Made by a program: the position numbers and the translations under genes. From the NCBI GenBank assembly GCA_903825255.1, contig CAIJZZ010000070.1, positions 8,767-72,766 of the forward strand: a DNA stretch of 64,000 nucleotides, written 5' to 3'. The notes under the pieces were generated by a model. It saw nothing but the letters and a program-made list of their open reading frames with translations. It had not been told where the DNA came from and made no database searches. The DNA comes from an uncultured bacterium. GTDB lineage: Bacteria > Patescibacteriota > Minisyncoccia > Phycocordibacterales > UBA9973. Positions 7,194 through 16,489 of the stretch are shown here, one piece after another; the stretch's first letter is position 1, and the number at the start of each line of letters is the position of its first letter.

Positions 7194-8789
7194 CAATATC
7201 TGAGAAATACTTCTCATAAAAGAGGCTTCACCCTCCTCGAAATCCTCCTCGTCGTCGCTGCCATTGCCATACTTGCCACTGTCATCATACTAGCTCTCAA
7301 CCCTAATAAACAATTAGGAGACACTAGAAATGCTAAAAGGAAAGTGGATCAAAGTAGTATCACCGATGCTATCGCTCAATATCAAATAGACCATGGTAAA
7401 CTACCTGGACCAGACTTAATCCCAGTAGGTACTGAAATGGATGCTAAAGAAATCTGTAAAACTAATATCACAGATTCTTCTTGTCTTAACCTCTCTGATT
7501 TAACTGATAACAATATTTACTTAAGTTCCATTCCTATTGATCCTTCGATCATCTCTGGTCCTGGCTCAGGCTATACTATTTATCAGAGTACGGCGAATAA
7601 CAAAATTGTAGTGTTAGCACCGAATATAGAAATTAGTGGAGGAGAAAGAGGCAACAATACTAATACTGTTTCAACCCCTACTGTAGATATTCCAGCTGAC
7701 ATTTACACTTCTCCTCAAGATATAACACTCGCCACTACAACTTCAGGCGCCACTATTTATTACACCACTGATGGCTCTGATCCAACTTCTAGTAGTACTC
7801 CATATTCTTCTCCCATTAATATCTTTACCACAACTACACTCAAAGCAATTGCTATTAAATCTGGGATGACGGATAGTGGAATATTTAATAGAGATTATAT
7901 TTTTATTTCAGAACCATTTGCCGGCGGTTCAGGTACAGTTGATGATCCATATCAAGTCGCTACTTCAAATCAACTAAATAACATTAGATATTTATTAAAT
8001 AAACATTTTATACAAGTAAATGATATTGATTTAAATATTGCACCGTATAATACAGGTACTGGATTTATTCCTATCGGAGATTCACTTAGTATTTTTTCTG
8101 GAACTTTTTCAGGGGGTGGATATACAATTTCAAACTTATATATTAATGCAAGTGGTGTAACTTATGTAGGCCTTTTTGGAATTATAGGTGGTGCTTATGA
8201 TACTACAATACAAAATTTAAAATTAATAAATGTAAATATATATTCAGTAAATGATCATGTTGGGGCATTAGTCGGTGCTTCTATAGGTGCTAATATTACA
8301 AATTGTTCTTCTACTGGTTCTGTAACCGGTAATGATTATGTTGGTGGGTTGGTTGGTAATGATCAAGGATATGTAAGTAATAGTTGGTCTTCTGCTTCTG
8401 TTTTTGGACATGATTATGTTGGTGGTTTGATAGGTATAGGTAATTCATCTTCAGAAAATAATTCTTATGCACGTGGAAACGTAACCGGTAATGATTATGT
8501 TGGTGGTTTTGCTGGTAATAAACAAGGTGCTACTTGGAATGATAATTATTCAACTGGTTTAGTAACTGGAGTTGGAAGTAATGTCGGAGGATTTGTAGGA
8601 AATAATAATTATATTATAAATGATTCATATTATGATTCTATAACTTCAGGAAGAGGTGACGCTGGTAATGGAGATCCTGAAACTACAACTTGGCTCAAAA
8701 CTCAATCAAATTATCCGTTATCTTGGAATTTTACAACAATTTGGAATATGGATGGTATTACTAATGACGGTTACCCATTTTTAAGATAA
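7191..8789 (+). CDS. modular type IV pilin-like protein with chitobiase-C-like and GLUG-repeat modules
   Basis: Prepilin leader and cleavage motif KRG|FTLLEILLVVAAIAILA with Glu at +5. TIYYTTDGSDPTSSSTPYSSPINI..TLKAIAIKSGMTDS resembles the CHB_HEX_C-type module. (N/H)DYVGG(L/F)xG motifs repeat (GLUG-like). Confidence 0.8.
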   Translation: MQYLRNTSHKRGFTLLEILLVVAAIAILATVIILALNPNKQLGDTRNAKRKVDQSSITDAIAQYQIDHGKLPGPDLIPVGTEMDAKEICKTNITDSSCLNLSDLTDNNIYLSSIPIDPSIISGPGSGYTIYQSTANNKIVVLAPNIEISGGERGNNTNTVSTPTVDIPADIYTSPQDITLATTTSGATIYYTTDGSDPTSSSTPYSSPINIFTTTTLKAIAIKSGMTDSGIFNRDYIFISEPFAGGSGTVDDPYQVATSNQLNNIRYLLNKHFIQVNDIDLNIAPYNTGTGFIPIGDSLSIFSGTFSGGGYTISNLYINASGVTYVGLFGIIGGAYDTTIQNLKLINVNIYSVNDHVGALVGASIGANITNCSSTGSVTGNDYVGGLVGNDQGYVSNSWSSASVFGHDYVGGLIGIGNSSSENNSYARGNVTGNDYVGGFAGNKQGATWNDNYSTGLVTGVGSNVGGFVGNNNYIINDSYYDSITSGRGDAGNGDPETTTWLKTQSNYPLSWNFTTIWNMDGITNDGYPFLR

Positions 8790-8793
8790 TTTT

Positions 8794-9159
8794 ATGAGAT
8801 GGTATCTAAGGTCAAAAATTCATAAAGCGACAGTGACCGAAGCTAATTTAAAATATATTGGTAGTATTACGATTGATAAAAAATTAATAAAAAAATCTGG
8901 CCTGGATGTTGGAGAAAAAGTTCTAGTGGTGAGTAATACTTCAGGTTCTCGTTTAGAGACGTATATTATAGCAGGGGAAGCTGACTCAGGAACTATCTGT
9001 ATGAACGGGGCGGCGGCGCATCTGATTAAAAAAGGAGAAGAAATAATTGTGATGGGTTTTGAATTATCTGCTAAAAGAATTACCCCAACAAATATTTTAG
9101 TAGATAAAAATAATAAATTTCTAAAATATTTAAAAGATAAACCAAATAAAAAAGGGTAA
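8794..9159 (+). CDS. panD: aspartate 1-decarboxylase proenzyme
   Basis: SKIHKATVTEANLKYIGSITID carries the Gly-Ser self-cleavage site. NGAAAHLIKKGEEIIVMGF is also present. The length of 121 aa fits PanD. Confidence 0.9.
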   Translation: MRWYLRSKIHKATVTEANLKYIGSITIDKKLIKKSGLDVGEKVLVVSNTSGSRLETYIIAGEADSGTICMNGAAAHLIKKGEEIIVMGFELSAKRITPTNILVDKNNKFLKYLKDKPNKKG

Positions 9160-9191
9160 TAAATTACCCTTAAATTTTTATTTAAACACAT

Positions 9192-9677
9192 TTATTTGGT
9201 AAATGTTTCAAACACTTGAATCAAAGAACCTGAATCATCACTTAAATATATTTTAAATTTACCCATCGTTTTTTGTCGTCTTTTTTTTGATGGATCAGTT
9301 GGATTTTTATCAGTGGTTAATTCAATGACCACTACATCTTTTATCTCGTCTTCCGAATAAAGATTAAAAAATAATTCAATTACGTCTGCCAGATACGGAG
9401 AGTTTCCACTAAGCAGAAATTTGCAGTCAGAAAAATTGATTTTTCCAATAGAATTATTTTTTTGTTTTAAATCTATATTCAGTCGAAACTCACTATCATA
9501 TAAGTCTTTACTGAATAGAATTAATCCAAAAGAAGATTTTTCGGGCATTTTATTATTTGGCCCGTAAGTTAGACTTTCAAAAGCTTCGCTACTTCTAAAG
9601 TAGCCTTCAATTATTAAAGCAGGTTTTTCCTTTAATAAATTGAAAATTACAGATAAAAATTTACCAGTTTCTTGCAT
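9192..9677 (-). CDS. hypothetical protein
   Basis: 161-aa ATG ORF lying alone on the minus strand between clear genes. No motif recognised. Confidence 0.5.
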   Translation of the reverse strand: MQETGKFLSVIFNLLKEKPALIIEGYFRSSEAFESLTYGPNNKMPEKSSFGLILFSKDLYDSEFRLNIDLKQKNNSIGKINFSDCKFLLSGNSPYLADVIELFFNLYSEDEIKDVVVIELTTDKNPTDPSKKRRQKTMGKFKIYLSDDSGSLIQVFETFTK

Positions 9678-9813
9678 AATGTAGAATATTTAAGATTAAA
9701 CAATTTTTTATTTACAAGGGTTAATTTAATTAAACAATATAACTAAATTTTTAAGTTGTCAATTTATTAAAAATTTATGAAAAATAGATTTTTTAACTTT
9801 TTTTATTAAAATA

Positions 9814-9831
9814 TGTCATAATTAAAAAATG
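9814..9831 (+). promoter_or_regulatory. extended -10 promoter placed for a leaderless transcript
   Basis: TGtCATAAT (9814-9822), then 6 nt, then ATG at 9829. Confidence 0.55.
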
Positions 9832-11199
9832 AAAAGAAGTATTTTAGAAAAGATATTTAGTGCCCCAGCTGAAATATTGGAAAAAGGAGTTGAGATAGGG
9901 AAGGATATCGGACATGATATAGAAAATGAGAAACCAATTCAAGAAGCGGAAGAGTATTGGAGGACCTTAGGTCCAGGTCTTACGACTGGAGCAGCAGATG
10001 ATGACCCTTCTGGGATAGCTACTTATTCACAAGCAGGTGCTTCAAGAGGTTTTGGTCTTATTTGGCTTTCACTTTTTACTTTTCCTTTTATGGCGGCAGT
10101 ACAAGAGATGTGCGCGCGGATTGGACTCGCAACTGGAGTGGGGCTCGCAGCGAATATTAAAAGACATTTTTCTAAAAAAGTTTTATTTATTTGTACCTTA
10201 CTTTTACTCTTTGCTAATGTTTTTAACATTGGGGCAGATTTAGGAGCAATGGCTAAATCAACCCAATTAATTTGGCCTTCTATCTCATTTACATTTTTGG
10301 TTATAGGTTTTGCTGTTCTCAGTTTGATTTTACAAATTTTTATTCCTTATAAACAATATTCTAAATATTTAAAATATCTCGCTTTAATTTTATTTGCTTA
10401 TGTTTTTTCTGCTTTTGCGGTAAAAATAAATTGGTTGGATGTATTTCAACATACTGTTATTCCAGTATTACATTTTAATAAAGAAGAAGTGATTTTAATT
10501 TGTGCTATTTTAGGAACTACTATTTCACCCTACCTTTTTTTCTGGCAGACTTCTCAGGAAGTGGAAGAACAAATTTTAAAAGGAGAAAAAACAGAGGAAG
10601 AACGTAAAATAAAAACTACTCCGGCTGATATTCATAAAATGCGAATTGATGTTTGGTCTGGAATGTTTTTTTCCAATATGATTATGTTTTTTATTATTGC
10701 TGCTTGTGCTGGAGCACTTTATACTAATGGTATTATTAATATTGATTCAGCTTCAGATGCGGCTTTAGCCTTACGTCCCTTTGCTGGAGATTTTACTTTT
10801 TTCTTATTTGCTGTGGGTGTGGTTGGGGTAGGACTTTTAGCAATACCGGTTTTGGCTGGTTCGGCATCTTATGCGCTTTCTGAATCTTTTGGTTGGAAAT
10901 CTGGCCTTTATCGAAAATTAAAACAAGCCACAGCTTTTTACGGAGTGATTATTTTAGCCTTGGTTTTAGGTATAGTTTTAAATTTTGTGGGACTCGATCC
11001 GATCAAGGCCCTAGTTTATGCGGCAGTCTTGAATGGTTTGATTTCACCAATTGTATTATTTTTGATAGTAAAAATTGGTTCTAGTGAAGAGATAATGGGT
11101 CAATATAAAAATAAAAAAATTGGTAGAATTGTCGGCTGGTTTACGGTAATTCTTTTATCTATAGTTAGTTTGGTTACGATATTTTTCTTATTTAAATAA
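9829..11199 (+). CDS. NRAMP-family divalent metal transporter
   Basis: GPGLTTGAADDDPSGIATYSQAGA plus about 11 TM helices are typical of the Nramp/MntH superfamily. Confidence 0.85.
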   Translation: MKRSILEKIFSAPAEILEKGVEIGKDIGHDIENEKPIQEAEEYWRTLGPGLTTGAADDDPSGIATYSQAGASRGFGLIWLSLFTFPFMAAVQEMCARIGLATGVGLAANIKRHFSKKVLFICTLLLLFANVFNIGADLGAMAKSTQLIWPSISFTFLVIGFAVLSLILQIFIPYKQYSKYLKYLALILFAYVFSAFAVKINWLDVFQHTVIPVLHFNKEEVILICAILGTTISPYLFFWQTSQEVEEQILKGEKTEEERKIKTTPADIHKMRIDVWSGMFFSNMIMFFIIAACAGALYTNGIINIDSASDAALALRPFAGDFTFFLFAVGVVGVGLLAIPVLAGSASYALSESFGWKSGLYRKLKQATAFYGVIILALVLGIVLNFVGLDPIKALVYAAVLNGLISPIVLFLIVKIGSSEEIMGQYKNKKIGRIVGWFTVILLSIVSLVTIFFLFK

Positions 11200-11202
11200 A
11201 CA

Positions 11203-11233
11203 AAAGGTATGAATCTGAGATACATACCTTTTA
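11203..11233 (+). terminator. intrinsic terminator-like hairpin
   Basis: AAAAGGTATG..loop..CATACCTTTTAT lies directly after the NRAMP stop codon. Confidence 0.55.
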
Positions 11234-11260
11234 TCATGTGAAAAATATTCGGCTTATTTT

Positions 11261-11452
11261 CTATACAGAATTAATGCTTAAAAAGGTTATAAGTAAAAAA
11301 GATACTATCCATAATCTTAATACTGAAATAAGCTTTTCTAGACGCGGTATAGATATACCAAAATATTTTTTTAACACTTTTGCTAATAATCTTGCTAGAT
11401 AGAATACTATCACGATTAAAAGCATTGCTAAAAATAATTCTATAATTATCAT
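11261..11452 (-). CDS. possible small two-TM membrane protein
   Basis: 63-aa ORF (MIIIELFLAMLLIVIVFYLARLL...WIVSFLLITFLSI). A TAAAAAT-like box lies ~7 nt upstream of its ATG. This is a weak call. Confidence 0.35.
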   Translation of the reverse strand: MIIIELFLAMLLIVIVFYLARLLAKVLKKYFGISIPRLEKLISVLRLWIVSFLLITFLSINSV

Positions 11453-11550
11453 ACAACAAATTTTTAATTCAACTTAATTATATCAAAGATAGATTTATTG
11501 TTAATAGCAAGTCTGTTGCTAGGAAGTATTTATTGCTGTATATTTTATAG

Positions 11551-12564
11551 ATGGAGATCGTTAAAGACTATGATTTAAGCGAATTGAACACTTTTGGTAT
11601 AAAAGCCAAAGCAAGGTTTTTTGTTGAAATTAAAAACGAGCTTGATTTTAATGAACTTCTTAAAACTAGAGAATATAAAGATAATCAGAAATTATTTTTA
11701 GGAGGAGGCAGTAATGTGCTGTTCACGAAAGATTTTGAAGGTATAGTAATCTTAAATAAATTAAAAGGTATTGAAATTATAAGAGAAGATTCTAATAATG
11801 TTTTAGTTAAAGCGCAAAGCGGAGAAAAATGGCATGATTTAGTATTGTTTGCTGTAAAAAAAGAATATTGGGGAATTGAAAATTTATCACTTGTGCCTGG
11901 TACTGTAGGAGCTGCACCAGTACAAAATATTGGAGCGTATGGGGTAGAGCTCAAAGATACGATCGAGAGTGTAGAATTTTTTGACTTAGAAAGTGGAGAA
12001 AAAAAAAATCTTTCAAGGGATGAATGTAAATTTGGTTATCGAGATAGTATTTTTAAAAATGAGTTAAAAGGTAAAGTTTTTATTTTAGCTGTAACTTTTA
12101 AATTAAGTAAAATTCCAAACTTGAATGTTACTTATAAAGTCTTGAAAGATTATTTAGAAAAGAACAAGATTGAGATTCAAAAAGTAAAAGATATTAGTGA
12201 TGTAGTGATAGCTATAAGACAGAGTAAATTACCAGATCCGAAGATATTAGGTAATGCCGGAAGTTTTTTTAAAAACGTGTATGTGAGCAAAAAAAATTTA
12301 GAAAAAATAAAAGAAAAATATCCTAATGTTTCTTTTTTTGAAGAAGCTGGGGTAATTAAAATACCCGCAGGCTGGTTGATCGAAGAGTGTGGCTGGAAAG
12401 GAAAGAGGTTGGGAAATGTCGGTGTACATGACAAACAAGCTCTAGTATTAATAAATTATGGTGGTGCTACAGGAGAAGAAATAAAAGATTTAGCTCTACA
12501 AATAATCGCTTCGGTTTTTGATAAATTTGGCTTAAAACTCACCCCTGAAGTCAATTTGATTTAA
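11551..12564 (+). CDS. murB: UDP-N-acetylenolpyruvoylglucosamine reductase
   Basis: FAD-binding LFLGGGSNVLF, plus GNAGSFFKN and IPAGWLIEECGWKG, are MurB signatures. Confidence 0.9.
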   Translation: MEIVKDYDLSELNTFGIKAKARFFVEIKNELDFNELLKTREYKDNQKLFLGGGSNVLFTKDFEGIVILNKLKGIEIIREDSNNVLVKAQSGEKWHDLVLFAVKKEYWGIENLSLVPGTVGAAPVQNIGAYGVELKDTIESVEFFDLESGEKKNLSRDECKFGYRDSIFKNELKGKVFILAVTFKLSKIPNLNVTYKVLKDYLEKNKIEIQKVKDISDVVIAIRQSKLPDPKILGNAGSFFKNVYVSKKNLEKIKEKYPNVSFFEEAGVIKIPAGWLIEECGWKGKRLGNVGVHDKQALVLINYGGATGEEIKDLALQIIASVFDKFGLKLTPEVNLI

Positions 12565-12621
12565 AGATTTATGGGTGTATAATTAAAGTATTAAAAGTTA
12601 ATTTAATTATTTTTTAAACTT

Positions 12622-13101
12622 ATGAAAAAAGAAAAGCTTAATATGGTTTTTTATGTTTTAATTGTCTTAGTCGTACTTTTAGTTTTAGTGCTTATTACTA
12701 TTAATGGTAAAAGGGAAATGAATAATAATATACAACAACCAAATGATGTTAGTGCTACAATTCCAGCCGGTTTAAAAATTACTACTTTAGTCGAAGGTAC
12801 AGGTAATGCAGTAAAAGCAGGTGATACTGTGGCGATGAATTATACTGGGACTCTAGCAGATGGTACAGTTTTTGATTCAAATATTGATCCAAAATTCAAC
12901 CATGTGCAACCTTTTGTGTTTACAGTTGGAGATGGAAAAGTCATAAAAGGTTGGGATTTGGGAATCGCGGGTATGAAAGTTGGAGAAAAAAGAACCCTTG
13001 AAATTGCTCCAGATTTAGCTTATGGTGCTGCTGGTTATCCTCCGGTTATTCCACAAAATGCCACACTTAGTTTTGAAGTCGAACTATTAGCTATTAAATA
13101 A
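12622..13101 (+). CDS. FKBP-type peptidyl-prolyl cis-trans isomerase, membrane anchored
   Basis: N-terminal TM, then YTGTLADGTVFDS and KVIKGWDLGIAGMKVGEKR, which form the FKBP core. Confidence 0.9.
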   Translation: MKKEKLNMVFYVLIVLVVLLVLVLITINGKREMNNNIQQPNDVSATIPAGLKITTLVEGTGNAVKAGDTVAMNYTGTLADGTVFDSNIDPKFNHVQPFVFTVGDGKVIKGWDLGIAGMKVGEKRTLEIAPDLAYGAAGYPPVIPQNATLSFEVELLAIK

Positions 13102-13110
13102 AAAAAATTT

Positions 13111-13914
13111 ATGGAAATCTCACCAGAAAAAAAAGTAAAATTATATCAAGGCTTAAGAATTGCCTTAATTGTTTTTTTAGCGGTTATTGTTGCGAGTAGT
13201 TTTACAAATATGAATTATGACAAGTATGATAATAAGCCGGTAAATACAATTTCTTTATCTGGACATGGGGAAGTTCAAGCAGTACCGGATATTGCTAACG
13301 TTGATTTTACAATTCGTAAAGAAGCTAAAACAGTAAAGGATGCTCAAGATGCTGTAAGTCAAGTTGAAAAAAAAGTTTTAGATTTATTAAAAACAGATAA
13401 TATTGCAGATAAAGATATAAAAGCACAAAGTGTTTCTTTTAACCCTAAATATGAATATCAATATACTGGAACACTAGTTCCATGTAATCAATTTGGTTGC
13501 CCACCTCGACCAGGTCAGAATGTTATTACTGGTTATGAAGCTTACGAAAGTATTAGTCTAAAAATTAGAAATACAGATGATACTGGTAAAGTTATTCAAG
13601 GCCTTGGAACACTTGGAGTAACTGAATTAAATGGTCCAAATTTTACAGTGGACAATGAAGATGCTTTGAAAGCTACTGCTCGAAAGAGTGCTATAGTTGA
13701 CGCTCAAACCAAAGCTAAAGCATTAGCCAACGATCTAGGTATTCGTTTAGGAAAAATTACCTCTTTTTCTGAATCTGGTAATTATCCAGTACCGATGTAT
13801 GCAAAAGCAATGATGGGCGCTACACTCGATACTGCTTCTTCTGCTCCAGCTGTGGTTCCAGCAGGAGAGAATACGATTAGCTCAGATGTGACTATTACTT
13901 ACGAAATAAAATAA
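13111..13914 (+). CDS. SIMPL/DUF541-family periplasmic protein
   Basis: N-terminal TM, then ISLSGHGEVQAVPDIANVDFTI and ...GENTISSDVTITYEI, which fit the SIMPL-domain pattern. Confidence 0.7.
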   Translation: MEISPEKKVKLYQGLRIALIVFLAVIVASSFTNMNYDKYDNKPVNTISLSGHGEVQAVPDIANVDFTIRKEAKTVKDAQDAVSQVEKKVLDLLKTDNIADKDIKAQSVSFNPKYEYQYTGTLVPCNQFGCPPRPGQNVITGYEAYESISLKIRNTDDTGKVIQGLGTLGVTELNGPNFTVDNEDALKATARKSAIVDAQTKAKALANDLGIRLGKITSFSESGNYPVPMYAKAMMGATLDTASSAPAVVPAGENTISSDVTITYEIK

Positions 13915-13931
13915 AAAATAATAAGTATATA

Positions 13932-13952
13932 AAAACCCCTTTTGGGGTTTTT
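13932..13952 (+). terminator. intrinsic terminator
   Basis: AAAACCCC-TTTT-GGGGTTTT hairpin with a T-run, 18 nt after the stop codon. Confidence 0.7.
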
Positions 13953-13962
13953 ATATTTAGGT

Positions 13963-13991
13963 TTGACTATTTTACTCAAAAAGAGTAATAT
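13963..13991 (+). promoter_or_regulatory. sigma70-like promoter for secE-nusG
   Basis: TTGACT (13963-13968), 17-nt spacer, TAATAT (13986-13991). Confidence 0.6.
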
Positions 13992-14047
13992 AAGATTAGC
14001 CCTTGAAAGGGGGCTTTTTTAAAAGATAAAGAAAATTAATCAAAATT

Positions 14048-14233
14048 ATGTCTAAAATTACTGAATATATTAAAGAAACCAAAGGAGAATTAAAACATGT
14101 AAATTGGCCAACTCGTAAACAGACCCTTTATTATACTTTAATTGTAGTTGTATTGTCCGTAATTGTGGCTTATTTTTTAGGCTTATTCGATTATCTTTTC
14201 TCTCAAGGTTTAGTAAAAATAATTTCTTTTTAA
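14048..14233 (+). CDS. secE: preprotein translocase subunit SecE
   Basis: 61 aa, with a KGELKHVNWPTRKQ motif followed by a single TM. It sits directly upstream of nusG. Confidence 0.8.
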   Translation: MSKITEYIKETKGELKHVNWPTRKQTLYYTLIVVVLSVIVAYFLGLFDYLFSQGLVKIISF

Positions 14234-14242
14234 ATAAATTTT

Positions 14243-14788
14243 ATGTCAAAACAAGAAACAGAAGGAGCTAGAAATTGGTACGCCATTCATACTTATGCCG
14301 GATATGAAAATGCGGTTCTTCGTAATTTACGCCAGAGAATAGATTCACTTGGTATGAATGATAAGATTTTTAATGTCATTGTGCCGGTGGAAAAGAAAAT
14401 AAAAATTAAAGCTGGTAAAAGAGTTGAAATAGAAGAAAAAATTTATCCAGGTTATGTGTTAGTCGATATGATTGTGACAGATGATTCTTGGTATGTGGTA
14501 CGCAATACTCCTCGAGTGACTGGATTCGTCGGAGCCGGAGTGAATCCTGTTCCATTAAAAAAAGAAGAAGTAGATTTCTTATTTAAGAAAATGGATAATG
14601 CTACCGCTAAACATAATATTGATTTAGCTCTCGGAGAGATGGTGCGCATTGTAGATGGCCCATTTAAAGACTTAGAAGGTAAAGTAAATTCAATTGATCA
14701 AGAACGTGGTAAAGTAAAAGTATTAGTCTCAATGTTTGGTCGTGAGACCCCAGTCGAGTTGGACTTCTTGCAAGTCAAGAAAATTTAA
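14243..14788 (+). CDS. nusG: transcription termination/antitermination factor NusG
   Basis: NGN domain (WYAIHTYAGYENAV) plus a C-terminal KOW (GEMVRIVDGPFKDLEGKV). Conserved synteny supports the call. Confidence 0.92.
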   Translation: MSKQETEGARNWYAIHTYAGYENAVLRNLRQRIDSLGMNDKIFNVIVPVEKKIKIKAGKRVEIEEKIYPGYVLVDMIVTDDSWYVVRNTPRVTGFVGAGVNPVPLKKEEVDFLFKKMDNATAKHNIDLALGEMVRIVDGPFKDLEGKVNSIDQERGKVKVLVSMFGRETPVELDFLQVKKI

Positions 14789-14805
14789 GGAGCAAAGCGA
14801 CTATA

Positions 14806-14845
14806 AATTTCTTGTGCCGACCGGTTGGCGGCGGCGAAGAAAATT
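14806..14845. repeat. singleton GC-capped hairpin between nusG and rplK
   Basis: AATTTCTTG-TGCCGACCGGTTGGCGGCGG-CGAAGAAAATT: AT-rich arms flank a GC-rich core. The architecture matches the family A elements. Confidence 0.45.
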
Positions 14846-14880
14846 GCATTAAAAGTAATATTATAGTAATCTAAAAATAT

Positions 14881-15306
14881 ATGGCAAAAAAAATAACCAA
14901 AAAAATAAAACTACAAATTCAAGCCGCTAAAGCAACACCTGCACCACCGTTAGGACCTGCTTTAGGTCAAGCTGGTATTAATATAGGTGATTTCGTCAGT
15001 AAATTCAACGCTGCCACTGCTAAGATGGCTGGAGATAAGGTTTCTGTCGTGGTTTCAGTTTACGAGGATCGCAGTTATGATTTTGTTGTAAAAACTCCTC
15101 CAGTTTCTGGTCTTATTTTTAAAGCAGCTGGGGTTGAAAAAGGTTCAGGCAAAAATACTGTTACTAAAGCTGGAAAAATAACCAAAGCACAAGCTAAAGA
15201 AATAGCTCTTAAAAAGATGACTGATTTAAATGCAAAAGACATAGAAGGGGCAATTCGGATTGTGGCTGGTTCTGCTCGGTCCGCTGGTATAGAAGTTAAA
15301 GACTAA
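14881..15306 (+). CDS. rplK: 50S ribosomal protein L11
   Basis: [26 protein letters not shown] is the L11 signature. Length is 141 aa. Confidence 0.95.
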   Translation: MAKKITKKIKLQIQAAKATPAPPLGPALGQAGINIGDFVSKFNAATAKMAGDKVSVVVSVYEDRSYDFVVKTPPVSGLIFKAAGVEKGSGKNTVTKAGKITKAQAKEIALKKMTDLNAKDIEGAIRIVAGSARSAGIEVKD

Positions 15307-15321
15307 ATTTAATTAAATTTA

Positions 15322-15969
15322 ATGCAACAATTCACAGAAAAAGATTATAAAAAAATTCTGATCTGTTTAACTCTTTATTTAAGTTCACTTTTTGCAGCAA
15401 ATACCTTAGGCTTAAAACTTATGCCTTTTCTTTTTGGCACACATCTTTCGGTGGCAGTTTTTTGTTTTCCAATTGTTTTTATTATGACCGATGTAATTGG
15501 AGAAGTTTATGGAAAAAAAATGGCTAAGAATTTCGTTTATGCTGGAATCTTAAGTATTTTTTTATTTTTGCTTTATTCTTTTATTTCAATGATTATGCCT
15601 TGGGCACAAGTGAGTCTTTGGGCTAAAGATGGATATAATTTAGTTTTTGGTATTTCTGTTCGTTTTTCTATAGCATCGATCATTGCTTATGCGATAGGTG
15701 AATATCAGGATGTTATTTCTTTTTTCTTTTTTAAAAAATATACCGGTGGAAAAATGTTTTGGTTACGTTCGAATTTATCTAATCTCTGGTCGCAATTGAT
15801 CGACTCCACTATTTTTATGTTTATTGCTTATTTAGGGCTAATGCCAGTAAAAACCATATTATTGATTATAATTCCATGGTGGCTCTATAAAGTGTTTATG
15901 GGATTTTTATATACCCCACTTTCTTATGTTGGAATACATCTTTTAAGAGATAAAAATGTTCAAAACTAA
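15322..15969 (+). CDS. VUT-family (YhhQ-like) queuosine-precursor/vitamin uptake transporter
   Basis: FPIVFIMTDVIGEVYG, AYAIGEYQDV and WSQLIDSTIFMFIAY align by eye to the E. coli YhhQ motifs. The profile suggests 6 TM. Confidence 0.8.
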   Translation: MQQFTEKDYKKILICLTLYLSSLFAANTLGLKLMPFLFGTHLSVAVFCFPIVFIMTDVIGEVYGKKMAKNFVYAGILSIFLFLLYSFISMIMPWAQVSLWAKDGYNLVFGISVRFSIASIIAYAIGEYQDVISFFFFKKYTGGKMFWLRSNLSNLWSQLIDSTIFMFIAYLGLMPVKTILLIIIPWWLYKVFMGFLYTPLSYVGIHLLRDKNVQN

Positions 15970-16489
15970 TAAGATAAAATATACTGCCTATGTAGCAGCA
16001 AGTATTGATGGACGTATTGCTAAAGATAGTCATAGCTTAAATACTTGGACAAGTGAAGAAGATTGGAATTTTTTTCAGCATGCTATTTCTAAGGTAGATG
16101 TTGTTGTAGTTGGAATGAATACTTATAAGGTTGTTGAAAAAAGATTAAAAAAACGTAAAACAATTGTTTTTTCTTCTAAATACAATTCGATAAAAACTAT
16201 CGGTTCAGTCACTTTTTTAAATCCAGCGAAAATAAATTTTCAAAAATTTATAAAACAAAATGATTTTAGAAATGTTGCTATTCTAGGTGGTCCAATGGTA
16301 TATACTTATTTTCTTCAAAATAAAATACTAAATGAACTTTTTGTGACTATCGAACCATGTGTTTTCACCACAGGAACCCCTATGTTTTCAGGTATAAAAT
16401 TTAAAAAACATAAATTTATTTTACAATCAGTAAAAAAACTTAATCAAAATGGAACCCTTTTGTTAAAATATAAAAACAATGCAAATTAA
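15956..16489 (+). CDS. RibD_C/DHFR-like reductase family protein
   Basis: YVAASIDGRIA, VVVGMNTYK and ILGGPMVYTYFL...ELFVTIEP fit the family pattern. The start overlaps the previous gene by 14 nt. Confidence 0.7.
   Translation: MFKTNKIKYTAYVAASIDGRIAKDSHSLNTWTSEEDWNFFQHAISKVDVVVVGMNTYKVVEKRLKKRKTIVFSSKYNSIKTIGSVTFLNPAKINFQKFIKQNDFRNVAILGGPMVYTYFLQNKILNELFVTIEPCVFTTGTPMFSGIKFKKHKFILQSVKKLNQNGTLLLKYKNNAN

Noticed and set aside
8794-9159. panD standing alone, without panB/panC, directly after a pilin gene, as a possible sign of a novel pathway.
   Set aside because: The sequence is a normal PanD with an intact Gly-Ser cleavage site. Isolated placement is not informative without the rest of the genome.
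11271-11459. 62-aa minus-strand ORF overlapping 11261-11452 in another frame.
   Set aside because: Only one of the two can be real. The 11261-11452 frame gives a plausible two-TM peptide, and this one does not.
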